From Acidobacteriota bacterium (lineage in GTDB: Bacteria > Acidobacteriota > UBA6911 > RPQK01 > JAJDTT01), in assembly GCA_965263035.1 (NCBI GenBank), contig OZ253580.1, positions 1,312,001-1,376,000 of the forward strand: a DNA stretch of 64,000 nt, read 5' to 3'. Position 1 is the first letter of the stretch. Every line of letters begins with the position of its first letter. A model generated the notes under the pieces. The model saw only the letters and a program-made list of their open reading frames with translations. It was not told the DNA's origin and made no database searches. The translations under genes and the position numbers were made by a program. Below, piece after piece: positions 40,224-50,470 of this stretch.

Positions 40224-40961
40224 TCATGGCGCCGTCGCCCGCGCTGTGCCGCCGTCCAACTCGCGAACGTAGATGTTGCGAAACCAGAGCCGGTTGCCAT
40301 GGCTCTGCAGCTCGATCTGGCCGCGAGGGTCGATCCGCCGGGACCGGTCCCAGTAGTTCTCCATCACCACCTGGTCGGTGACCAACTTGCCGTTGAGCTT
40401 CACCGTGACCCGGTCGCCGACCATCTTGATGTAGAAGGTGTTCCACTGACCCACAGGCAGATCCGCCTTCACCAAGGGAAAACGGGGATGGACCTTGTTG
40501 TTCCACAGCGCTCCCGAGCCCTTGTCGTTACCGTACCTGCGGTACTTCTCGGACTCCGTATCCCAGATCTGCAACTGGGGGCTGCCGCGCAGATAGATGC
40601 CGCTGTCGCCGTCTTCCAGGATCTTCCAGTCGACATACAGTTCGAAGTCACCGTAGTCCCTGGCGGTGCACAGGCTGTCTCCCTTGCCGTCGAACTCCAG
40701 AACACCGTCGACCACTTTCCAGTGGGCTCGCATGCGCTCGTCGGCCTTCTTCTGAGCCTCCACCAGTTCCGCCGACAACATCCCAGCACGTCTTACGGGG
40801 TTTTCCACCAATCCCTTCCAACCGGCCAGGGTCTTGCCGTCGAAGAGTGCGGTAAAGCCTTCGGGCGGCTGCGGGCCGGATGCTGCCGAAAGCGGAGCCA
40901 GCATCGTGAGCAGGCAGGCGGCGAAACCGGGGATCCAGATGTTGCAGCGGTGGTCTCGCAT
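40224..40961 (-). CDS. DUF1080 (3-keto-glycoside hydrolase-like) protein
   Basis: GFTALFDGKTLAGW, YGDFELYVDWK, DSGIYLR, GQWNTF, GQIELQSHG, FRNIYVREL. Confidence 0.88.
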   Translation of the reverse strand: MRDHRCNIWIPGFAACLLTMLAPLSAASGPQPPEGFTALFDGKTLAGWKGLVENPVRRAGMLSAELVEAQKKADERMRAHWKVVDGVLEFDGKGDSLCTARDYGDFELYVDWKILEDGDSGIYLRGSPQLQIWDTESEKYRRYGNDKGSGALWNNKVHPRFPLVKADLPVGQWNTFYIKMVGDRVTVKLNGKLVTDQVVMENYWDRSRRIDPRGQIELQSHGNRLWFRNIYVRELDGGTARATAP

Positions 40962-41113
40962 CGGGTTCAACTCCTGCAGGATGGGTGCCACACGAAGCGA
41001 CACATTCGTCTGGTGGCCGAAGTATAGCATCCGTCCTCCCGGCGATCATGCTCCGGGAGCCTCACTGGAGCCGGCAAGGCGCGGTGGAGGGATTGAAACG
41101 ATCCGGCCCATGG

Positions 41114-41218
41114 GAAGAAACAGACTGCCAAGAAATAGACTGTCCCTTTTTTCGAAGGACGGAAGGAAGGACGGAAGGACGGACGCGGCGCGAAGGACGG
41201 ACGCGACGCGCACGCGCA
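41114..41218 (+). repeat. AGAAATAGACTGTCCCTTTT motif, site C (partial plus full copy) with GAAGGACG stutter
   Basis: GAAGAAACAGACTG-CC-AAGAAATAGACTGTCCCTTTTTT followed by GAAGGACG and GACGCG repeats. Confidence 0.85.
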
Positions 41219-41250
41219 TCTCGTTCCAGAACAAGCGCATCGGGCTAGCC

Positions 41251-43712
41251 CTGCCCTATACCCACAAATAGTGCTGGACAAACAAGAATGCCTGTCGTAG
41301 TCTTCACGACATGGTAGTTCAGAACCAGATCAAGCGCACCTTGAGCCGAGAGTTGGATCGTTTGCACGCCGTGATGAGGCGGGAGAAGTTCGCCCACCGG
41401 ACGGCGCTGGCGGACCGGGTCTGCTCGGAGTTTGGATTTCACGATGCCCGAGGGCGGGCGCAACGGAGCGGCTGCCTGAAGGCGCTCCGGGAGCTGGAGG
41501 CGGGCGGACGGATTCGTCTGCCGACGCCGCGACGGCGGGTGAAACATTGCGGGCCCCGAGGACTGGGCCGTGCGGTGCCGGAGCCGGTCGGGGTGCCCGA
41601 GACGGTGGACGGCGTGCGGGAGCTGGAGTTGATTCTGGTGGAGACGGGTCCGCAACGAGCGCTCTGGAACGAGTTGATGGCGCGAGAGCATCCACGGGGC
41701 GCGGGGCCGTTGGTGGGTGCTCAACTACGCTATCTGGTGGGCTCGGCCCACGGCTGGCTGGGGGGCTTGGGGTTCGGGGCGGCGGCGTTGCGGTTGCGGG
41801 ACCGGGACCGCTGGATCGGATGGGATGAGGAACAACGCCGGGCGCACCTGCACCGGGTGGTGGGGCTGAGCCGGTTTCTGATCCGTCCGTCAGTGAGGTG
41901 TCGTAATCTGGCCTCCCGGGTGCTGGGGGAGGTGTTGCGGCGGCTGGGTCCGGAGTTCCAGGCGCGCTACGGCTACCGTCCCTGGCTGGTGGAGACCTTC
42001 GTGGAGACGGCTCGCCACGATGGGGCCAGTTTGCGCGCCACGAACTGGAGGGTTCTGGGGCAGACGCAGGGTCGAGGCCGGCAAGATCGGGCGCACCGGG
42101 GTGCGGAGACGAGCAAGGCGATCTATGGGTATGAGTTGTGCCGGGATTGGCGGCGGCGGTTGGGGGTGGGACCGGCGCCGAGGCGGGGAGTGGAACCGAT
42201 GTCGGAGGGCGAGGGACTGGAGGGAGCGGGCTGGGCTCAGCAGGAGTTGGGCGGGGCGCCGCTGGGAGACCGGCGCTTGAGTCGGCGACTGGTGGAGAGT
42301 GCGCACCGACAGGCGCAGGAGCCGGGGCGGGCGTTCACGGGAGTGGCGCGGGGGGATTCTGCGGCGGTCAAGGGATACTACCGGCTGATCGACCAGCCGG
42401 AAGCCTCGGCGGTGACGGTGTCCAACATCCTGGCCCCGCACCGGGAGCGGACCCGGCAGCGGATGCAGGGGCAGCGGACGGTGCTGTGCATCCAGGACGG
42501 GAGCGATCTGAACTTCACGCGGCACGGCCGGTGTGAGGGACTGGGAGTGATCGGGCGCAACCAGACGGGAGCGACGGCGCGGGGACTGCATCTGCACGCG
42601 ACGCTGGTGGTGAGTGAGACGGGGCTGCCGCTGGGGGTGTTGCGGGCGAAGCTGGACGCGCCGAAGCCGGGACCGGTGGCCACGCGGAAAAAGAAGAAGA
42701 CGTATCGCTGGATCGAGGGACTTCGGGACTGCGCCGAGGTGTCGCGGTCCCTCGACGGGGTGCGGGTGGTCAGCGTGGTGGACCGGGAGGCGGATTTTTT
42801 CGCACTGTTCGCCGAGCAACGAGCGTCTCCGGAGGTGGAGTTGCTGGTGCGTGCGAAGCAGGATCGGGTGCTGAAGAGGAAGACCCCGGCGAAGGCGGCC
42901 GGGAAAAGCGCGGATCCGGACCCGGAGCAGAAGCGGAAGCTGTTCGGGCGCCTGCGATCGGCGCCGGTGCGGGCCCGGATGCTGCTGGAGGTGAAGCGTC
43001 AGAGTGCGCGGATCAAGGCCAGCAAGCAGGCGGCCCGCCCGCGGCGGCTGGCGCGGGTGGCTCGGATGGAACTGCGCTACGAGACCCTGACGATTCCGGC
43101 GCCGCGCGGGAACCCAACCGGCATCCCGTCGCTGAGACTGTCGGTGGTGCACGCGCGGGAGGTCGCGCCGCCGGCGCAGGGGAAGCGCCTGGAATGGTTC
43201 CTGCTCACCACCCTGCCGGTGACCGATGTCGAGACGGCGCAGCAACTGCTGAGATGGTATGCGCTGCGCTGGCGGGTGGAGGATTATTTCCGGGTGCTCA
43301 AGACCGGATGCCGGGTACAACAGCTCCAGCACCAAACCGCCGAACGTCTGAAACGGGCCATCGCCATGCACGCCGTCATCGCCTGGCGGATCATGCTGAT
43401 GACGCTGTTGGGGCGAGAGGACCCGGACCTGCCGGCGCAATTGTTGTTTTCCGATCTGGAAATCCGGGTCCTGGGGGCGTTTGCCGCGTCGCGAGGATTC
43501 CCAGCGCCGGAAGACCTGGGGGCGGCCGTGCTCGTGCTGGCCCGCCTGGGAGGATATCTGGCTCGTAAACACGACTCCCCACCTGGGCATCAACTGATGT
43601 GGCAGGGCTACGTCACGCTCTACGGCATGTGTCTGGGCTTCGCTTTACGAGAAGAAACATGAATGAAACCGGACGGCTAATTTGCCCTGTGCAATATGTG
43701 GGTAAAGGGCAG
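41251..43712 (+). mobile_element. IS4-family (IS50-like) insertion sequence, 2462 bp
   Basis: Terminal inverted repeats CTGCCCTATACCCACA / TGTGGGTAAAGGGCAG; 8-bp direct target duplication GGCTAGCC on both sides. Confidence 0.93.
41311..43662 (+). CDS. IS4-family transposase with N-terminal DUF4338 (DruA-like) domain
   Basis: N-terminal RDRWIGW, RFLIRP, NLASR, LVETFV, NW..LGQTQGRGRQD; then LGDRRL, CIQD, DREAD, RWRVEDYFRVLKTGC, ARLGGYLARKHD.PPG. Confidence 0.9.
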   Translation: MVVQNQIKRTLSRELDRLHAVMRREKFAHRTALADRVCSEFGFHDARGRAQRSGCLKALRELEAGGRIRLPTPRRRVKHCGPRGLGRAVPEPVGVPETVDGVRELELILVETGPQRALWNELMAREHPRGAGPLVGAQLRYLVGSAHGWLGGLGFGAAALRLRDRDRWIGWDEEQRRAHLHRVVGLSRFLIRPSVRCRNLASRVLGEVLRRLGPEFQARYGYRPWLVETFVETARHDGASLRATNWRVLGQTQGRGRQDRAHRGAETSKAIYGYELCRDWRRRLGVGPAPRRGVEPMSEGEGLEGAGWAQQELGGAPLGDRRLSRRLVESAHRQAQEPGRAFTGVARGDSAAVKGYYRLIDQPEASAVTVSNILAPHRERTRQRMQGQRTVLCIQDGSDLNFTRHGRCEGLGVIGRNQTGATARGLHLHATLVVSETGLPLGVLRAKLDAPKPGPVATRKKKKTYRWIEGLRDCAEVSRSLDGVRVVSVVDREADFFALFAEQRASPEVELLVRAKQDRVLKRKTPAKAAGKSADPDPEQKRKLFGRLRSAPVRARMLLEVKRQSARIKASKQAARPRRLARVARMELRYETLTIPAPRGNPTGIPSLRLSVVHAREVAPPAQGKRLEWFLLTTLPVTDVETAQQLLRWYALRWRVEDYFRVLKTGCRVQQLQHQTAERLKRAIAMHAVIAWRIMLMTLLGREDPDLPAQLLFSDLEIRVLGAFAASRGFPAPEDLGAAVLVLARLGGYLARKHDSPPGHQLMWQGYVTLYGMCLGFALREET

Positions 43713-43790
43713 GGCTAGCCGGTCCTGCTACCGATCACGGAGCGTGACCGCCGAGACCGACCCTCGCAATGCGCGGGAGTTCCATAACGT

Positions 43791-44111
43791 TTATCGCGGG
43801 ACCGCCTCGCGCGCCAGCGTGTCCTCCCGCCATCCGCGCGCCCGTCGCGCCTGCGCGAGCTCGTAGCTCGCCTGCATTCGCATCCAGTGATCGGCGGTGC
43901 CCCAACCGAGCGCCTCCAACGCGAGCGCCATGTTCGTCGACACGCCCGCCTTGCCGTTCAGCAGACGCGACAGGGTCCCTCGCTCGCATCCCAGGCGCGC
44001 CGCCGTCTCGGTCACGTTCCATCCGACCTCGTCCATGCTCTCACGGATCAGTTCGCCCAAGTGCGGGGGGTTCAGCATCGGACCCGGGCGCTCGCCGCCT
44101 GTGCCGTTCAT
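43791..44111 (-). CDS. higA: HigA-family antitoxin (HTH)
   Basis: NPPHLGELIRE...LSRLLNGKAGVS..MALAL...WMRMQASYEL; lies directly downstream of the toxin gene. Confidence 0.9.
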   Translation of the reverse strand: MNGTGGERPGPMLNPPHLGELIRESMDEVGWNVTETAARLGCERGTLSRLLNGKAGVSTNMALALEALGWGTADHWMRMQASYELAQARRARGWREDTLAREAVPR

Positions 44112-44129
44112 GATCTTTCCTCCTTCCCG

Positions 44130-44402
44130 TCAGTGGTAATCTACCAGTTTCACATCCACGACCTCGCCGTCCTCGAAGCGGAACACCACGCGCCAGTTGC
44201 CCGACACGCGTACGCTCCATTGGCCGGTCCGGCTGCCCTTCAACGGATGCAGCCGGAACCCGGGCGCGTCCGCGCTGCCGGGATGGGTCGCTTCTTGCAA
44301 CCGGAACAGTATGCGTCGAAGCCGGGGCACCAGATTCGCCGGGAGCCGAGCCCGATCATCCCGCTCATGGAGCGCCCGCAGTCCCTTGTGCCTGATCTTC
44401 AT
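44130..44402 (-). CDS. higB: HigB/RelE-family toxin (plasmid maintenance killer type)
   Basis: IRHKGLRAL...PGFRLHPLKG...WSVRVSGNWRVVFRF...VDYH. Confidence 0.92.
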   Translation of the reverse strand: MKIRHKGLRALHERDDRARLPANLVPRLRRILFRLQEATHPGSADAPGFRLHPLKGSRTGQWSVRVSGNWRVVFRFEDGEVVDVKLVDYH

Positions 44403-44410
44403 AACCTAAC

Positions 44411-44429
44411 TGTAGCGCGTAGCGTTACC
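44411..44429 (-). promoter_or_regulatory. Probable HigA operator (imperfect palindrome)
   Basis: TGTAGCGC-GTA-GCGTTACC immediately upstream of the higB start. Confidence 0.55.
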
Positions 44430-44436
44430 CGAAACG

Positions 44437-44457
44437 GAAGAAATAGACTGTCCCTTT
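44437..44457 (+). repeat. GAAGAAATAGACTGTCCCTTT motif, site D
   Basis: Direct match, lying between the higB promoter and the stop of the amidohydrolase gene. Confidence 0.85.
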
Positions 44458-44479
44458 ATTGAGTCTGAATTCCTCCGTT

Positions 44480-45568
44480 TTATTCCAGCCCGAACAGACG
44501 TGTTGCATTTCCGCCGAAGAAGAGCGACTTGTCCTCCTCGGACATGAACTCGGCGTGCAGACGGACATAGTCCATTGCCTGCCGGTAGGTGACACTGCGT
44601 TCGGCCGCCGGCATATCCGAACCCCAGATCAGCTTTTCCGGTCCCAGCTCGTCGTACAACCGTTTGAGCATGTCCTGTGCCCATGAGAATGGGTATTCGG
44701 TGTCCGGCGCCATCAACTGCAGCATGACTTCCAGACTCAGGTTCGGGTTCTTGAGGCAGGTCAGGACTTCAACCGGGATATCGAATCGCTCTTCGGGGGG
44801 ACGCATGACGATGGTCTCGATGCCGTGGGTATAGACGCAGGGAATATCCGGGTGCGACTTGGCCCAGCGGTCCAGACGGACGACCTGCTCCAGGTAGCTG
44901 CCGAGCCGATCCCGGTGACTCGTGTAGAGGTACCAGAACACCGGAATATCCAGCCGGCGGACCGTCTCCCACAGGGGTTCGAACTTGGCGTCGTCCAGGT
45001 GATCGACCCAGCCGGTGAAGGCCAACGATTCAACGGCGAAATAGAGTCCCCTCAACCCCAGGTTTTCGACGGAGTACTCCAATCGGGACCATTGGAGTTC
45101 CTGATCCGCCTCCCACTCCCGGATCTGAGCCAGCGGAAGGAACCGTCCTGGATACCGGTTCATGCAGTCGCTCAGGATCTCATTGAGGCTGCCGTAGATA
45201 TGATCGTGTTGCAGGACCGCCATATCCACACCCAGATAGTCCATGTAGGCGATCATGAGTTCGGGGGGAGCCGCCATGTCCTGCAACCAACAGGGATACC
45301 ACTGCAGATAGTAGTCTTCTCCATCCACGGTGCATTCCAACTGGCCGTGCCCCGCAATGCGGAAATGGACATCCCGCATATCCGCTATGCCCTCGCCGGT
45401 CGGCATCAGCAGTGAGTCATCGGCACGCAAACCGTCGCGGCGCCGACGCCAGCCTTGGGAGTGGAACTGCACGTGGTGCTGGATGATGTGCAACTGGGTC
45501 TCCGCCGTCTGGTCACCCGAGTCGGTGCCCAGACGCGGAAATACATGAGCATGGGCATCGATAATCAT
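44480..45568 (-). CDS. Amidohydrolase family 2 protein
   Basis: IIDAHAH; KLIWGSDMP; FGGNATRLF. Confidence 0.88.
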   Translation of the reverse strand: MIIDAHAHVFPRLGTDSGDQTAETQLHIIQHHVQFHSQGWRRRRDGLRADDSLLMPTGEGIADMRDVHFRIAGHGQLECTVDGEDYYLQWYPCWLQDMAAPPELMIAYMDYLGVDMAVLQHDHIYGSLNEILSDCMNRYPGRFLPLAQIREWEADQELQWSRLEYSVENLGLRGLYFAVESLAFTGWVDHLDDAKFEPLWETVRRLDIPVFWYLYTSHRDRLGSYLEQVVRLDRWAKSHPDIPCVYTHGIETIVMRPPEERFDIPVEVLTCLKNPNLSLEVMLQLMAPDTEYPFSWAQDMLKRLYDELGPEKLIWGSDMPAAERSVTYRQAMDYVRLHAEFMSEEDKSLFFGGNATRLFGLE

Positions 45569-45616
45569 CTGATCCGAGCCTCCCCCGGGACGATAAGTTA
45601 CGTATGCCAGGGGAGG

Positions 45617-48496
45617 TCAAGGCTGGTAGTCGACCCAGGCCGGAGACCCCCAGGCCATTTCCCCATCTTCCTGGATAACGCGAAGATAGTAGTAGCTCTC
45701 CCCCGGCGCGGAAGCGTTGTCCGCGTACTGGAACTCGACCCGCTTCTGATCGGGGGTAACCGAGTAGACGATCCGGTTGTCTTTGATGACGTCCACGCGG
45801 CGGATGGGCTGGGTGCCCGTCAAGTCGGCCGTGATTCGAACCGGAGTGGCGCTCCTGAAGGCCTCCCCCATCAAGTGCTCTCCGTCCGATCCGTGGAATC
45901 GGACATCCAGGATGATGTTGTCCGTGGCGGCGTAGGCACGGCGGGCGCGGATGGCCTCCAGGAGCCCCTCCGGCGTCAGCTCTTCGGCGATCAGGCAGGC
46001 GTAGCTGATATGGGTGGAAATATGGTCCGAGGAGGCGATGAATCCCAGCTTGTAGCCCTTCTCCAGCGCGCTCCAAGCGGTTCCCATCCGACGAAAGGGC
46101 CGGTTGTCCTGCTCCAGCGTGGAACTGGGCCGAACCGTCATGGGCTGAGGGGCTCCCGGGTACTCGTAGGTCTCCCGCATTCCCTGGAAGATCTCCAGCA
46201 GATGCTCGACCCTGGGGTCGTTGTCCCGCCAGTCGGTACCGGAACCGGTCGCTATGGTGTGCGGGATGGAGGTTCCGTTTTTGCGCCGGAGGTGCCAAAA
46301 GAGCCTCTCGGACCCCTCCAGGCCCAGGTGCTCGGCCGACTCGATGGGGAGGATCGAGGTTCCCCGGCGGATGAAGAAGACGTTGCGGTGACCGTTGGGG
46401 AATTCGAGGCTGCGTTCGTAACCGTAGAAGGCGGCGAAGTTCTCCAACTGGAAGAGGTCGGCGACCTTCTGGTTCCGCCACCAGTTGTAGGGCTCGACGA
46501 TCTCGTGGTTGTGGTCCGTGACACCCAGAAAGTCCAGCCCGGCGGCATCCCGGGCGTATCTGTAAGCGTCCACCAGGGAGCCGTCGCCCCCGCCGTCCAG
46601 GGAGATATCGGTATGGCGGTGCAGGTCACCACGGTAGATGGTAAAAGTCCGGCCTCGTGAGTGAATCCGGTAAGAGCGGATTCGTTCCAGATCGCCGGTC
46701 TCGTCGGGATGGACGGGATCGAAGGAGTCTACGGGCGGAAGCCGGAGACGAGACAATTCGATCGGGGACGGCTCGCCGCGGCCCAGAAGCCCCACCATGA
46801 CCTGTCCGTGCACGGCCAGGAAGGATTTCGTGCTGCGATTGTCGGTAGGCCAGGCGGCCCAGACGCGGCCGTCCGAGTCGAGCGCGGTTGCCGGTATCAT
46901 GTCGTTCCGGCCCGCGCTGTTGAAGAGCGGCGTCGGATGAGTCCACCGGGACCCGTCGTATCGCAGACAGACGATCTCCCACGAGGGAAAGTAGCGCCCG
47001 CGGCCCTCGGACTGGCGCATCTTCAGGTGCCGAACCAGCAGCCAGGGATGACCCGCGGCATCCGCCTGGAGGTGGGGCATCTCCCATTTCCCCTCCCCCA
47101 GGACCGCGGAGAGATTCTGGCGGGTGGTCATCCATTCACCGTCGGCAAGGCACGCCACCCGTAGCGACCTGGTCTCGTAAAGCTCCGTTCCTTTGGACTG
47201 GCCGCTCTGATCGACGAGCCGCCCCGTGTCCTTGCCCCACTGCGGACCCGACTCGTGCCAGGCGATCCAGGTCCGTCCCCGGCCATCCATGGCCACCGAG
47301 GCGCCGGCTTCGAACCGATCCGTCGCAGCCACGCTCCGGACGTCCTTCCACCGTCCCGACTGCCGCAGTCTGAGATAGACGTCGTAGCTGCCGGAAGCGT
47401 AGCCGTCCCAGGCGATGGCCAGTTGGCCATCGGGACCCGCGGCAACCGACGGCCACCAGTTGTTTCCTCCAGCCGCTGGCCCTTCACTGATCGGAACCTC
47501 CTGGCCCCAGCGTTGGCCGTCGAAGTCCTGGGCCACGATCTGGGTCACGCCGCCGACCGTTTTCTGCCAGACCAGCCAGAGCCGTCCCTCCGCATCGGTG
47601 ACGGCTCGGTGGTAGATGTCCGGACTCGGATGGTCGGTGAGCTGTTGGCGGGAAGACCATTGTTCCCCATCGAAATTTCGCGCGTAAAGATCCCAATTCC
47701 CTTCCTCCTGGGCAGACCAGACAACCCAGATCCGCCCCTTGGAATCCTCAGCTACGGCCGTGCGAAAGGCGTCCACGTCCGCATCCAGCAGGTGGACCGG
47801 GCCCCAGCCCGACTCGCCCCGAGACCGGGCCACGACCTGATCCGCCTCTCCCTCGACGTATTCCTGCCACGCGGCCCAGAGCTTGCCGGAGCGCGTCGCC
47901 GTCATTGCAGGATAGTCCTGGATGTCGAAGCGCTCGGGGGCCAGAGGCGAAGACGGCGGGACCGATTCCACCACGACGGCTCCCTCCAGAAACGTCTCGG
48001 CCTGAAAGAGCTGGATGCCATCGGGCCGGAAACTGACCGATCCCTTCGCCGTCTCGATCCGGATGGGCTGGTCTCCTGGATTCTCCAGCACGCTTACGAT
48101 GACGCTGGGATGGCGAAGAGTGCTCTTTCCCCTGCGAGCCCAGCTCATGCGGGTGGCCGCCACCCAGCCCAGTTTCCCCTTGATCTGGTCGTTGGGAAGC
48201 TGAGGATCGGCGTCGACCGAGTGGATGCTGTCGAGGAAGCTGTGGCGGTAGATGTTGGCCCGGAACTCGTCCGGCCTCAGCTCAAGCTTCTGACCAGGTA
48301 CCGGGACCAGCCTGCCGCTCCAGATTCCGGGTTCCGAATCGAGGAGTCCCAGCCGGACCCGGAAGGAAGCTTCGGGAAGCAGAATTTCAGTCGAGGGCGG
48401 CGGCGGAGAGCCGGCGGGCCGGCATTGGGACAGCCCGATCGCCAACGCCAGCACTCCCAGACCCGACAGCGACAACGATACGCGTCCGACTGCCAT
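45617..48496 (-). CDS. Secreted beta-propeller plus PHP-type (DUF3604/CehA-McbA-like) metallohydrolase
   Basis: Repeated DxxGRxWxxW blades; GDLHRHT, LDFLGVTDH, IPHT, GFIASSDH; C-terminal YYYLRVIQEDGEMAWGSP. Confidence 0.75.
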   Translation of the reverse strand: MAVGRVSLSLSGLGVLALAIGLSQCRPAGSPPPPSTEILLPEASFRVRLGLLDSEPGIWSGRLVPVPGQKLELRPDEFRANIYRHSFLDSIHSVDADPQLPNDQIKGKLGWVAATRMSWARRGKSTLRHPSVIVSVLENPGDQPIRIETAKGSVSFRPDGIQLFQAETFLEGAVVVESVPPSSPLAPERFDIQDYPAMTATRSGKLWAAWQEYVEGEADQVVARSRGESGWGPVHLLDADVDAFRTAVAEDSKGRIWVVWSAQEEGNWDLYARNFDGEQWSSRQQLTDHPSPDIYHRAVTDAEGRLWLVWQKTVGGVTQIVAQDFDGQRWGQEVPISEGPAAGGNNWWPSVAAGPDGQLAIAWDGYASGSYDVYLRLRQSGRWKDVRSVAATDRFEAGASVAMDGRGRTWIAWHESGPQWGKDTGRLVDQSGQSKGTELYETRSLRVACLADGEWMTTRQNLSAVLGEGKWEMPHLQADAAGHPWLLVRHLKMRQSEGRGRYFPSWEIVCLRYDGSRWTHPTPLFNSAGRNDMIPATALDSDGRVWAAWPTDNRSTKSFLAVHGQVMVGLLGRGEPSPIELSRLRLPPVDSFDPVHPDETGDLERIRSYRIHSRGRTFTIYRGDLHRHTDISLDGGGDGSLVDAYRYARDAAGLDFLGVTDHNHEIVEPYNWWRNQKVADLFQLENFAAFYGYERSLEFPNGHRNVFFIRRGTSILPIESAEHLGLEGSERLFWHLRRKNGTSIPHTIATGSGTDWRDNDPRVEHLLEIFQGMRETYEYPGAPQPMTVRPSSTLEQDNRPFRRMGTAWSALEKGYKLGFIASSDHISTHISYACLIAEELTPEGLLEAIRARRAYAATDNIILDVRFHGSDGEHLMGEAFRSATPVRITADLTGTQPIRRVDVIKDNRIVYSVTPDQKRVEFQYADNASAPGESYYYLRVIQEDGEMAWGSPAWVDYQP

Positions 48497-48625
48497 AGAG
48501 GTTCCTCCGAAAAGGGTGGTGATCCAGTCGGTCTGAAGAATACCAACCGAGGGGGACTGTCCAACGGATCGGAACTCAAGCCCAAGTTCGGCGAGCTCCC
48601 CGGTCCCGAACCCGGCACACCGGCA

Positions 48626-50125
48626 TCAGTGAAACCGGAATGCGTACAGATGGGCGTCGCGGAGGCGAATGCGCAGACGGACCGGAAGGCCGGCGAAGCG
48701 GGAGAGGTCGACCCGGGGTTCCCACCGCACGACTCACCCGGTTCGATCTCCGGCGATTCTAGGGCAATCCTTCATTCCCACGCCCGGAAGGGGAGCTCCG
48801 GTTTCGTCCTGGAGCTCGACCCGAAGGCCGCCCCCTGCGCTCGTGCTGTAGTTGAGCTCCAGCCGGCTGCCGCTGAAGACGATGGGCCGGGTCGTGAATT
48901 CACCCCACCCCTCGTAGGGACCCTCCACCGACACGAAGCCGTCGTTCCGGAGCGAACAGCGCCGAAGCCGGCATTCGGGCGAGCGGTACAGTTCCGTGTA
49001 GTACATGGAGATTTCATCGCGTCCGGTGGGCACCACCCCCTGCCCCATGATGGGATTTCGGTCCACCCAATTGCGTTGGTCCGGACCCGGGCTCAGGAAA
49101 GGCTTCCGGAGCGGCCGCAGCCAGTGCACTCCGTCCCGGCTGGTGGCCAACTGAACGTCGGAGAGCCCGGTCTGATACTCCAGGCTCTTGTCGTCCCTCA
49201 CGTAGAACACCATGGGGAACATGAGAAAGCTGCGGGCCGCCCGGAAATAATTGACGGCGGCATTGGTGTAGTGATGGAGGTTGGCGGGATCCTTCAGGTC
49301 TCGGGCCAGCACCATTTCGGGCTCCGACCAGTGGAGGAAATCCTGGGACTCGCAGCGCCGGATCGCCCGGCGCCCCCCTCTGAAACGGGACTTGTCCACT
49401 TCCGGCCGGTTGTGGACATAGCGCCGGCCCTCCGGATCCCACATGACGGGACCTCCGGTCGAGGTGTCGACGCCTCGCATGTAGATGACGTAGAGACCTC
49501 GTTCGTCGTCCCACAACAGGGTATTGTGGCTGTCGAAGGGCCCCGAGATGGCCAGCGGAGTCTCTCGCACCGGCTTCCAGCCGATTCCGTCCGGAGAAAC
49601 ATAGCCGCGAAGCCCGCCGGAAGAGGCGATCATCTTGTAGCGCCCGGGACTTCCCGGCGGCTCATTGGGATCCAGAATCTGGCTGGCGTTGTGAAGCTCG
49701 GCACCTCCCAGGATATTGTTGTTTCTGGATCCCTGGAAGGAGTACAGGCCCAGGTTCGGCTTGATCCAGCGAACGCCGTCGCCGCTTTCCGCATAGCAGG
49801 TCCGCCGGCCTGCCCGGTAGCACATCTGATATCGGCCGCCGGAGTGGACGACCGAACTGTAGTGGATGCCTTCCGCTTCCCAGGGCCGGTCGCTTTCCAG
49901 CGCCGTTTCCCGGGGCAGCGGACGATGCAGCGTGAGCCGGATATTCCATGTCCGGTCGAACCAGTAGTCGTCCAGAAACAACTGCCGCCTCGATCCGACG
50001 TCGATGGGCCCGGCACGGTCCGGGACGGCGCTTCGGCCCGGCAAGAAAGTTCCGGCTCCCAGCGTCAGGCCGGCGACGCCCGTAGACTTCAGCCAACTGC
50101 GGCGGGTCCTTCGAATTTGGCTCAT
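48626..50125 (-). pseudogene. Tat-exported beta-propeller family gene with an in-frame TGA at 48734-48736
   Basis: RRSWLK Tat motif; VGSRRQLFLDD. After the TGA the same frame continues VVRWEPRVDLSRFAGLPVRLRIRLRDAHLYAFRFH to a stop at 48626. Confidence 0.8.
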
Positions 50126-50470
50126 GAATGCCAGACCTCCATTTTCCGCAGAACGGACCCACGGCCCGCTTGTCATCGATGCCGAGCCAGCCGCCGATGG
50201 AGTGCACCCCAGAATCGTCCCTTGAGCCGGAAAATATCCTCGGCTGACGCCAGTCTATCTGTCCCCGGCGCGGTACATCCAGACAGGCTCTATCGGCTGG
50301 TTCGGTATGAGCATGAATTGGGGAACGGGATCGAGTGAGACGAAATGAGCGGCTGCATCCGTGATTCCGTTTCCGAAAAGCGGGGTTTCGGCAGATTGGG
50401 GCGCCGGGAGTTCATCGAGTCGGAAGTGGGGCTGATCTCATCTCTGAGCGTGAACCCGCCGGCACGGAGG

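Noticed and set aside
47255-50338. 1027-aa + strand ORF
   Set aside because: Antisense shadow of two well-supported minus-strand genes in GC-rich DNA, with no recognisable motifs.
50340-50450. EKRGF...GRREF resembling the end of a GNAT protein
   Set aside because: Too short and degenerate to support.
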